This document shows, piece after piece, positions 20,690-28,863 of a stretch of 51,877 nt of DNA. Below the pieces are notes generated by a model, which had not been told where the DNA came from, did no database searches, and was given only the letters and a program-made list of their open reading frames with translations. The stretch is taken from the sequence record SRR31156797_3442; one strand, written 5' to 3'. The position numbers were made by a program, and so were the translations under genes. Each line of letters begins with the position of its first letter. The stretch's first letter is position 1.

Positions 20690-21284
20690 ATTATTATATA
20701 TTTTATTTAAAATTATTATTTGTTATTAATATGCTGTTGAAATCGTGAAAAAAAACAGACCTCAAAAGTTGCATTTTTCACTTTTAAAATGTTGTTAACA
20801 TTCCTTTAATCTAAACGTAACATTTAACTTCCTGATTTTTCATCAATAGTAAAAATACTTTCTGATAATTCAGGATGATTTCAACAGTTATCAACTCATA
20901 AATTTAAGGTTCACTTATTAAAAAAGGTGTTAATTATGAAGTTAAAATTTGCTCATAAAACCACGCTATTGTTGAAAACGGTATCCCGAACCGGTCATTT
21001 TGTTAATAAGCTCAGAACTTTCTAATAATTCATCACAAATGTAAACAGATATGCACAAAACACTGTTTACAACTCAAACTCTCTGGAAATGTTTTAACTA
21101 TGAAATTCGGGTATGAAAATGTAATTATCCGGTTAATTTTTGGCACCAGCAAGTTACGTTTTTCCGGATGAATTGAAGAATTTCTTTTTCAGGCTTTTGA
21201 AAGAAATTATATTGATTTTTCGATTTTTGAAGCTGATATCATTATGACAATTTATCCTTACTTTTGACAGGTAATTTATTAACA
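20661..21284. other. Candidate chromosomal replication origin (oriC)
   Basis: 45-nt tract with one G (20688-20732). Minus-strand tandem boxes TTTTTCACG-ATTTCAACA (20752-20735) are followed by GCA-TAT-TAA-TAA-CAA trio-like repeats. Further variant boxes at 20661, 20792, 20878, 20888, 20928, 20970, 21001, 21049 and 21276. parS pair about 11-12 kb away. Confidence 0.72.
21259..21266 (+). promoter_or_regulatory. -7 promoter element (TACTTTTG) for rpiB-lutB
   Basis: TAnnTTTG 27 nt upstream of the rpiB ATG. Confidence 0.6.
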
Positions 21285-21293
21285 TTTTTGTAA

Positions 21294-21746
21294 ATGACAG
21301 TAGAACAAAACATTATACCAATTGGCAGTGATCATGGGGGTTTTGAGTTAAAACAACACCTCATAAAATCTTTATCAAACGAAGGTTTTAAGTTCATGGA
21401 TTTTGGAACAAACGATGAAAACAGTGTTGATTATCCTGATTTTATTCATCCGGTTGCTGCAGGTATAAACAGTGGCGAATTTGATAAAGGTATTATTATT
21501 TGTGGCAGTGGGCAGGGTGCAAACATGACCGCCAATAAATACCCCAATGTGAGATCGGCCTTATTGTGGGATGAAGAACAAACTGCCCTCACACGCCTGC
21601 ATAATGATGCAAATATCATTGCTTTGCCAGGCAGGTTCATCAACTTTGAGTTGGCAGTTCGCATGGTAAAATTGTTTTTTAAAACCGAATTTGAAGGTGG
21701 CCGTCATATGAAGCGAATTGATAAAATCCCCAAAACACGAATTTAA
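21294..21746 (+). CDS. rpiB: Ribose-5-phosphate isomerase B
   Basis: IGSDHGGFELK, SVDYPDF, CGSGQG, RLHNDAN and FEGGRH motifs. Confidence 0.95.
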   Translation: MTVEQNIIPIGSDHGGFELKQHLIKSLSNEGFKFMDFGTNDENSVDYPDFIHPVAAGINSGEFDKGIIICGSGQGANMTANKYPNVRSALLWDEEQTALTRLHNDANIIALPGRFINFELAVRMVKLFFKTEFEGGRHMKRIDKIPKTRI

Positions 21747-21757
21747 AAGCTCCAGGG

Positions 21758-23140
21758 ATGTCAGAATATGCAAAAAAATTTAGCCAGGATGCCGATAATA
21801 TAGCTTTTGACAAAGAGCATCGTAAGCGGATCAATTTTAATATAGGTCGGTATGATGCTGCAGTTGTAAAAGGCAAGCGACAGTTCAGCAACCTTGAAAC
21901 CGCCAGGAAACGTGCTGCCAATATCAAACACAAAGCCATCGAAAACCTGGATAAATACCTCAACGAATTTGAAACCAATTTTGAAAGAAATGGCGGCAAA
22001 GTTATCTGGGCTCAAAATGCGGGGGAAGCCATCGATGAGATCATGAAATTGATGGAGAAGCATGAGATAAAGATGGTGGTAAAATCGAAATCCATGATCT
22101 CAGAGGAACTGGAGTTGAATGATGCACTGGAGGAAAAGGGTATCGAATCAGTGGAAACAGATCTGGGTGAATACATCGTGCAGGTTGCCGATGAAAAGCC
22201 CTATCACATTGTTACTCCGGCCATGCATAAATCAAAGGAAGACATAGCCACACTGTTTCATCAAAAATTTGGTACGCCCGAAAACAGCACACCTGAGGAA
22301 CTCACTCATTTTGTTAGAATAAAGCTCAGGGAAAAATTCATGGAAGCCGGCGCCGGAATTACAGGTGCAAACTTTCTGATTGCGGATACCGGATCCATTG
22401 CCCTCACCGAAAATGAAGGCAACGGTATGATGTCGTTTTCCTTCCCAAAAATTCATATTGCCATTTCCGGAATTGAGAAGATGCTTCCCTCCTTCCGCGA
22501 CATGCATCTTTTCTGGCCGCTGCTATCATCGCACGGTACCGGGCAGAATCTTACGGTTTATAATTCGATCGTTTCTGGTCCGCGCCAGACCGGAGAAATA
22601 GACGGGCCAACAGAGATGTATGTGGTTTTGCTTGACAATGGCCGCACAGAATTGTTGAAGCACCCACGCCAGCGCAGGGCATTATCCTGTATCAAATGTG
22701 GAGCCTGCCTCAATGCCTGTCCGGTTTACAAAAATATTGGCGGATACACCTATAACACTACCTACAGCGGGCCAATCGGTTCGGTGATTACGCCACACAT
22801 GCGAAACATGAAGGATTTTAAACACCTGAGTTATGCGTCTTCCCTTTGCGGAAAATGTACAGAGGTTTGCCCGGTAAAAATTAATCTACACGAGTTGCTG
22901 CTTTACAACCGGAACGAATCGGTAATTTCAGGGATGACCACCCGAAGTGAAAGGTTTGCCCAGAAGATGGCCAAGAAAGGTTTATCTAACCGTTGGATGA
23001 TGGACTTTGGCGGTGGCGGATTGAAAAACACGGCCATGAAAATGTTCATGAAAAAACACTGGGGCCCAAGGAGAACGCTTCCTGAATTTGCTCCGAAATC
23101 CTTTAAGCAGCTTTGGGAAGAAAGGCGAGGGGAGAAATAA
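21758..23140 (+). CDS. lutB: Lactate utilization protein B (LutB/LldF), Fe-S subunit
   Basis: VKSKSMISEE, ETDLGEYIVQ, HIVTPAMH, ENEGNG, CIKCGACLNACP and SSLCGKCTEVCP motifs. Confidence 0.9.
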   Translation: MSEYAKKFSQDADNIAFDKEHRKRINFNIGRYDAAVVKGKRQFSNLETARKRAANIKHKAIENLDKYLNEFETNFERNGGKVIWAQNAGEAIDEIMKLMEKHEIKMVVKSKSMISEELELNDALEEKGIESVETDLGEYIVQVADEKPYHIVTPAMHKSKEDIATLFHQKFGTPENSTPEELTHFVRIKLREKFMEAGAGITGANFLIADTGSIALTENEGNGMMSFSFPKIHIAISGIEKMLPSFRDMHLFWPLLSSHGTGQNLTVYNSIVSGPRQTGEIDGPTEMYVVLLDNGRTELLKHPRQRRALSCIKCGACLNACPVYKNIGGYTYNTTYSGPIGSVITPHMRNMKDFKHLSYASSLCGKCTEVCPVKINLHELLLYNRNESVISGMTTRSERFAQKMAKKGLSNRWMMDFGGGGLKNTAMKMFMKKHWGPRRTLPEFAPKSFKQLWEERRGEK

Positions 23141-23275
23141 TTATTAACAAAAGTATAGGGTTAGTTTTCTTTTCTAAGATATTAATTCTAACCTGACTGA
23201 TTAAAATCCCTCAACTAATTTCTACTTATCCCTCCCTTTATTACCGGGACTAATTCGTCTCTCCGAGAAGCAGGA

Positions 23276-23378
23276 GGGGAGCATGCTCCCCAGCGTTGGC
23301 GGTAGTTAAATATACCACCCCGAAGCATGCTTCGGGGTGATAGTTTCTTATGTATGCGCTTTATCGGAGCATGCTCCG
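23276..23378. repeat. Cluster of three palindromes sharing an AGCATGCT core (REP-like)
   Basis: GGGGAGCATGCTCCCC (23276-23291), CACCCCGAAGCATGCTTCGGGGTG (23316-23339) and CGGAGCATGCTCCG (23365-23378). Confidence 0.8.
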
Positions 23379-23449
23379 GGTTACCCAGTGAAAATAAATT
23401 AAGCAGAAAGATATTTTTAACGAATTCGTCTGCTGCTGGCTAATTTAAT

Positions 23450-24454
23450 TCAAATCGGCAATTCCTCCATATCTCCCACCAACTCCAGTCCGGCAGTTTT
23501 AGCAATTCCTTTGAAAACTTCGTTTCCTGAAAGATCAGATATGTGAACTGTAATTTCCGCATCCACGCTTTCCGCAATCCGGCGGTCCATGGAACCATTG
23601 AGCGGTGCGGCCAGTAATCCACGGGCAGCATGCTTTGCACTGATATCTAAATGGAATTTCTTATCTGTGATTTTTATGTGAACTGTTTCCTCTTCAACTG
23701 ATATGTTTTTAAGTTTTGCTCCGGTATAGGTGGCAAAACGGTGGATTTGTCCATCAAGCAAAATCACACACAAAAACCCGGTGAAGGAACTTTTCAGCCA
23801 TGGGATTTTGGCAACAGAGAGCATCAAAGAGGTTCCGGGTTTCTCAAAATGGTTGCTTTGCATCCATATCCAGGCTTCGGGCATGGAGCGGCCCCAATCC
23901 TTTTCGGAATAACCTTTGCCGTTTTCAAAAGAAATGAGTTTGCCGTCAATTTTCAGTTTCCCCGATAAATCATGATCCATGCTCACCAGTCCGTGAAAAC
24001 ATTCCATTAACGGCACAAACGAATACCAGCCCATGATGCCCGGATTGTGTAATCGGGATCTGAGGGGGTGTATGTTTTGAAATTCAATATGACCCGAGAC
24101 CTCAATTTCATCTTTGATCTCCAGTTTAATTCCCTGAAGCGAAAATTTGTTTGGGCCGATGTTTACACGGAAATCCTTTTGCGAATAGCTGAATGCTTCG
24201 ATGGGATATTTCACATACCAGGTTTCGGCAGTTTTGCCGTTGATAAGCTGGATGAAGGCATGTTGTTTGTCGGCGCTTTCGATGGAAATACCCGGAATCA
24301 CCGACCAGATATGATTTTGATCCGCCGACACATTTTTAAAATACCAGCCTTCAAAATAATTTGATTTCTTCCCAATCCCCTGAAAAAGGACCGGTTTCCA
24401 GGTTTTGGTTACCCGGTAGAAAAAATTCTTGTCTTTTGAGTTCAATTCACGCAT
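23450..24454 (-). CDS. Tocopherol cyclase-like protein
   Basis: YFEGWYFK, IMGWYSFVPLMECFHG and GKGYSEKDWGRSMPEAWIWMQSNHF; GTG start. Confidence 0.85.
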   Translation of the reverse strand: MRELNSKDKNFFYRVTKTWKPVLFQGIGKKSNYFEGWYFKNVSADQNHIWSVIPGISIESADKQHAFIQLINGKTAETWYVKYPIEAFSYSQKDFRVNIGPNKFSLQGIKLEIKDEIEVSGHIEFQNIHPLRSRLHNPGIMGWYSFVPLMECFHGLVSMDHDLSGKLKIDGKLISFENGKGYSEKDWGRSMPEAWIWMQSNHFEKPGTSLMLSVAKIPWLKSSFTGFLCVILLDGQIHRFATYTGAKLKNISVEEETVHIKITDKKFHLDISAKHAARGLLAAPLNGSMDRRIAESVDAEITVHISDLSGNEVFKGIAKTAGLELVGDMEELPI

Positions 24455-24513
24455 TTCGACTAAAGTATTTTGTATCCCGAATTTTTAAACAACAGGTCAG
24501 TAATTTTTTTCAG

Positions 24514-24590
24514 CTTTGTGACACCTTAGTGTCTTCGAGCCTTGGTGGCAATTTATCTCAATCCAGCCACGAAGACACAAAAGCACAAAA
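24514..24590. repeat. Inverted arrays of 8-nt periodic repeats (CTTnGTGn ... nCACnAAG)
   Basis: Left arm CTTAGTGT-CTTCGAGC-CTTGGTGG-C; right arm GCCACGAAG-ACACAAAA-GCACAAAA, imperfectly complementary around a 16-nt loop. Confidence 0.65.
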
Positions 24591-24613
24591 TTTTCACTAA
24601 TTATACCATGAAA

Positions 24614-26815
24614 TTACTTTACCAAAATCCCATTCCCTTCTGTAATTTTTCCAACCACGGCAGCCTCCTCAATCCCGGAATTTTTCAAAGCCTGCAGAAG
24701 TTCAGCATGTTTATGTACCGGCACAGCAATCAATAATCCACCTGAGGTCTGGGCATCGCAAATAATCAACTTCATCAAATCCGAAACGATCTCACTCCAG
24801 GTTGTGATTTTTGAAACGAAATCAAGGTTGTTTTTGGTGCCTCCGGGAATGGCACCTGCGAGTGCCAGATCATAAACTTTGTCGATTAATGGCACCTGAT
24901 TGCTGTAAATTTCAGCGCCCAGTTTGGATGCTTCCACGATTTCCTTCAGGTGGCCGATCAATCCAAAACCGGTAACATCGGTGCAGGTATTCACTTCGAA
25001 ATTTTGGATTACTTCAGCAGCCTTGGCGTTGAGTGTAGCCATGATATCCCGTGCTTTGTCGGCAGTTTTTTGATCAGCCATACCGTTTTTAACTGCAGTG
25101 GAAATGATCCCGGTTCCAATGGGTTTTGTGAGGATCAGGATATCACCGGGTTTGGCTTTTTCATTCGAAAGCACCTTATCAGGATGTACAGATCCGGTTA
25201 CCACCATCCCGAATTTGGGTTCGGTGTCTTCAACAGTGTGTCCGCCAAGAACAGAAATTCCGGCTTCAGCGGCTTTGTCGGAGGCTCCTCTCAGGATATC
25301 TTTCAGCACCTGCATGGGTAACCGGTTATCCGGGAAACCCACGATATTGAGCGCAAACAATGGTTTGGCACCCATGGCATAAACATCGCTCAACGCATTC
25401 GCAGCAGCGATGGCACCAAAGTAATACGGATCATCCACAACGGGCGTGAAAAAATCCAGGGTTTGGACGATAGCCGTTTCATCATTGATTTTGTAAACAG
25501 CAGCATCATCAGCGTTGGCTGCACCGATCAGCACATTTTTATCAAAAACCACCGGCAGGTCCTGCAGCACTTTTTCTAAGTATTGCGGCCTGATTTTGCA
25601 GGCGCACCCAAGTCCGTGGGTGTATTTGGTAAGTTTGATTTCGCCGGGTGATTCAACAGGTTGCAATATTTTGCCGGTGGATGGCCTGAGCTTTTTCACC
25701 ACTTTGATTATGTTTTCGGCAGCCTGGTCAATTTCCTGTTCCGTAGTGTGTCGGCCTGTAGAAAACCGGATGGTTCCCATGGCATAATCAATGGATAGTT
25801 TCATGGCGGTGAGTACGGTTGAAACATCCACATTATCGGCATGGCAGGCAGCCCCGGCTGAAGCCGCAACTTCATCCAACTCAGCAAGCATGGTGTTGGC
25901 TTCAATTTTCGGGAAACTAACACTTAGGGTATTTGAGAGTCTTTTTTCCGGATGGCCGTTTAATTTGATTTCCGGTAATTCTTTCTTCAAAGTGTTGAAA
26001 AGCCTATCGCGCATTTGCTGTGCGTGGCGAATATTTATTTCAAGATCTCTTTTGGCTATTTCGGCAGCTTTACCAAGCCCGACTATCTCAAGCACATTTT
26101 CTGTGCCGGCGCGGTAATTGCGCTCGTGGTCGGCGCCATGGATCAGCTTTTGCAGTTTGATCCCTTTTTTGATGTAGAGAGCCCCAATGCCTTTTGGAGC
26201 ATAAAGTTTATGGCCGGCAACAGAAAATAAATCCACACCCAGCTTTTGAACATCAGCTCCAACTTTACCGACCGATTGCGCGCCATCGCTGTGAAAACCA
26301 ATGCTGTGGTTTTTGGCCAATTCAGCAATCTCAGTAATGGGTTGCAGGGTGCCCACCTCATTGTTGGCATGCATAATTGTTATCAGAATGGTAGCCGGAG
26401 TGACAGCTTTTTCAACATCCACCGGATCAACCATACCCAATTCATCTACCGGAACAGTTGTGATTTTAAAGCCCTGACTTTCCAGGAAACTGCAAACTTC
26501 GCTCACGGCGGGGTGTTCTATTGCAGATGTGATGATGTGATTGCCACGATCCCTGTTTTGGTAAGCTACACCTTTGATGGCCCAGTTGTTCGATTCGGAG
26601 CCGCCACTGGTAAACACGATTTCTTCACTAGTACAGTTTAACAACCCGGCAATCTGTTGGCGGGCTTTCTCCACAGCCTTTTTGGTTTCTATACCAAACA
26701 GGTGAGAGCTGGATGGATTCCCAAAATACTGATCAAGGAATGGGCGCATGGCTGCCGCCACCTCCGGATCGATGGGTGTGGTGGCGTTATAATCCAGGTA
26801 TATGGGTTGATTCAT
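24614..26815 (-). CDS. selD: Cysteine desulfurase/selenocysteine lyase (NifS-like)-selenophosphate synthetase (SelD) fusion
   Basis: N-terminal YLDYNATTP, FTSGGSESNN, GHKLYAPKG (PLP Lys) and SAGAACH (catalytic Cys). C-terminal LTKYTHGLGCACK, QTLDFFTPV, ANALSDVYAMG, GGHT, TDVTGFGL and DAQTSGGLL. Single uninterrupted frame. Confidence 0.93.
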   Translation of the reverse strand: MNQPIYLDYNATTPIDPEVAAAMRPFLDQYFGNPSSSHLFGIETKKAVEKARQQIAGLLNCTSEEIVFTSGGSESNNWAIKGVAYQNRDRGNHIITSAIEHPAVSEVCSFLESQGFKITTVPVDELGMVDPVDVEKAVTPATILITIMHANNEVGTLQPITEIAELAKNHSIGFHSDGAQSVGKVGADVQKLGVDLFSVAGHKLYAPKGIGALYIKKGIKLQKLIHGADHERNYRAGTENVLEIVGLGKAAEIAKRDLEINIRHAQQMRDRLFNTLKKELPEIKLNGHPEKRLSNTLSVSFPKIEANTMLAELDEVAASAGAACHADNVDVSTVLTAMKLSIDYAMGTIRFSTGRHTTEQEIDQAAENIIKVVKKLRPSTGKILQPVESPGEIKLTKYTHGLGCACKIRPQYLEKVLQDLPVVFDKNVLIGAANADDAAVYKINDETAIVQTLDFFTPVVDDPYYFGAIAAANALSDVYAMGAKPLFALNIVGFPDNRLPMQVLKDILRGASDKAAEAGISVLGGHTVEDTEPKFGMVVTGSVHPDKVLSNEKAKPGDILILTKPIGTGIISTAVKNGMADQKTADKARDIMATLNAKAAEVIQNFEVNTCTDVTGFGLIGHLKEIVEASKLGAEIYSNQVPLIDKVYDLALAGAIPGGTKNNLDFVSKITTWSEIVSDLMKLIICDAQTSGGLLIAVPVHKHAELLQALKNSGIEEAAVVGKITEGNGILVK

Positions 26816-26844
26816 GGTTGTTATGAATGAAGATTATGTTATTA

Positions 26845-26877
26845 CTGAAGAGACGCACAATTTGTGCGTCTCTTCAG
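26845..26877. repeat. Perfect 16-bp inverted repeat (REP-like hairpin)
   Basis: CTGAAGAGACGCACAA-T-TTGTGCGTCTCTTCAG between mnmH and the fusion gene. Confidence 0.85.
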
Positions 26878-26903
26878 AAGACAATTAAACATTTTTTTCA
26901 AAA

Positions 26904-27932
26904 TTAAATTTTTACCGTTTTCAAAAACTCCAACACCTTATCTGCATTTTTATCGGCATCCACCGTATCAACCGGGATGTGATAAACCTTATCCTGATTT
27001 CGTTTACTCAATCCGTAATTGTAGGTTTTATCGTAGTAGTGCAACACAATTTCGATGGCCGTTTTAAAGTCATCATTTTTGATGGATTCAACAGCTTGTT
27101 TAGCATGCTGGCCACCCAGCCGCCTGGTGATTCTTTCGGTGGCGTCAATCAGGCCCTGTTTTGGAAATGTTGCATAATCCTTCACCAACCTTTCAACCCG
27201 GAGCTTCAGCGACATATCCACCCTGACTACCTGGCAGGTTCGCATTTTATCGAAGAACGGTTCCGGAATAGAGACCTTACCAATGAAACGGCTTTCGTCT
27301 TCAAGCCAGATGGGTTTGGTTGTATCAAGCGATTTCCAGGCATCATAAAGTTCATTTTCGAACTGCTCGGTGGAAGGTTGTGGTTTTTCGCCCAGGGCGC
27401 CAAATGATGAACCTTTGTGATGCGCTATACCTTCCAGGTCGATTACCTGTTGACCTTTTGCCTGAAGGGCATGTAGGATCTCTGTTTTCCCGGTTCCTGT
27501 TGTACCCGACAGCACCATGTAATTTGCTTCGGATGAAAGCGCTTCACGAATGAACCTCCGGTAATTTTTATACCCACCCTCAAGAATTTTTACTTCAAAC
27601 ATGGCCGTGGAAAACAACCAGGCCATGCTGTCAGATCGCATACCTCCACGCCAGCAGTGTATTCTGAGTTTTCGGGATGGGGAAACCTCAAGACCTTTTT
27701 TCACGAAGGCCGCCATTTTTGGTCCTATGATTTCAAGTCCTTTCAAAATGGCATCCTGTCGCCCGGAATTTTTGTATAAAATTCCAATTTCGGCACGTTC
27801 ATCGTTTTCAAGCAACGGGATATTCTGTGCTCCCGGTATATGGGCGTGGGCAAATTCAGCAGGAGATCTGACGTCGATGATGGGCCAGTTGTAATCTTGT
27901 AAAAATGATTCGACTTTTAGTTTTTCTGTCAT
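26904..27932 (-). CDS. mnmH: tRNA 2-selenouridine(34) synthase MnmH (SelU/YbbB)
   Basis: Rhodanese IIDVRSPAEF and CWRGGMRS; P-loop GTTGTGKT; IDLEGIAHHKGSSFG; EDESRFIG; ATG 27932 chosen. Confidence 0.96.
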   Translation of the reverse strand: MTEKLKVESFLQDYNWPIIDVRSPAEFAHAHIPGAQNIPLLENDERAEIGILYKNSGRQDAILKGLEIIGPKMAAFVKKGLEVSPSRKLRIHCWRGGMRSDSMAWLFSTAMFEVKILEGGYKNYRRFIREALSSEANYMVLSGTTGTGKTEILHALQAKGQQVIDLEGIAHHKGSSFGALGEKPQPSTEQFENELYDAWKSLDTTKPIWLEDESRFIGKVSIPEPFFDKMRTCQVVRVDMSLKLRVERLVKDYATFPKQGLIDATERITRRLGGQHAKQAVESIKNDDFKTAIEIVLHYYDKTYNYGLSKRNQDKVYHIPVDTVDADKNADKVLEFLKTVKI

Positions 27933-27953
27933 CTCAAATTTTGTGAAAGCGCT

Positions 27954-27961
27954 CAAAATTA
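27954..27961 (-). promoter_or_regulatory. Internal -7 promoter element (TAATTTTG) upstream of mnmH
   Basis: TAnnTTTG 21 nt upstream of ATG 27932. Confidence 0.55.
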
Positions 27962-28036
27962 CACTTTTTAAAAGAGCTGAAATCGAATGCGCCCGGATAA
28001 CGGTTGATCAGTACATAGCCGAAAAATGGAACCCTG

Positions 28037-28852
28037 CTAAATTTCACCAATCAATTTTGCAACCATTCTGATCAAGGATTGCCGGGTAAGAAAAATGTGG
28101 AAAGCAATGGACTTTTTGTTCATGTTTGCGGAAACATCAAGGTTTTTGCTAAGGAAATAGTTATACAAATCCACATCATACCGGAGAGCCAGATGTATTT
28201 GTTTGAGACTTTGTGGAGTTGGTTCTTGCTGTGTCGGTTTTTTGGGCGTACGGTTCCTGGGTTTGTAAAGCGGTATGTGAGTCCAGCTGAGTAATCTGCT
28301 TAATGCAAAAACCCCCTTGTCAAATTGATCCAGATAAATTACTGCATCAAATTGATCCAGATTGGTCTTTGCTTGCTGAAGAAGGTTTTCTCCATCGCGA
28401 TTCATCACATGGAACGTTTTATTTGGATCAACCGTCCAATCCATCGAATTGCCCAGAAACCGGGTCATCAGATTATCCTGGCCCATCGCAAGTGCATATT
28501 CAAGATATTCGAGGGGAGAATCCATTTTCTTAACATCTTCCCAAAAAGCATCCTTTTTGCTTATCTTCAGGTAATAAAATTGCGACAGGAACAGGGCAAG
28601 CGGTTCACGCAAAATGGTAATCTTAAATGGATTTTTCAGGTATTTTTCATATAGCAAAGCTCCATGTCCTGCAATCACTTTGATTTTTTTGCGCTCAGCT
28701 TCATCCAGATTTCTGAATGCTTTAAGCGAAGCCCCCGGATTGTTGCTGTTGATGACGAACACCTGCTTTTCGCCGTACACCTTAAGCAAAATACCACGCA
28801 GCGTTATGCCGCCGGTTTTTGGGATGTGCTCGAAAAGTAGGGTACGGCTCAT
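28037..28852 (-). CDS. Sulfotransferase family 2-like protein (atypical motifs)
   Basis: LFEHIPKTGGITLR, ITILREPLALFLSQFYY, QDNLMTRFL and YDVDLY; starts 11 nt after the selD stop. Confidence 0.8.
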   Translation of the reverse strand: MSRTLLFEHIPKTGGITLRGILLKVYGEKQVFVINSNNPGASLKAFRNLDEAERKKIKVIAGHGALLYEKYLKNPFKITILREPLALFLSQFYYLKISKKDAFWEDVKKMDSPLEYLEYALAMGQDNLMTRFLGNSMDWTVDPNKTFHVMNRDGENLLQQAKTNLDQFDAVIYLDQFDKGVFALSRLLSWTHIPLYKPRNRTPKKPTQQEPTPQSLKQIHLALRYDVDLYNYFLSKNLDVSANMNKKSIAFHIFLTRQSLIRMVAKLIGEI

Positions 28853-28863
28853 GGAGCATGTGT

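Noticed and set aside
23150-24600. CRISPR array or intact IS element
   Set aside because: The palindromes are not identical direct repeats with regular spacers, and there is no cas or transposase ORF.
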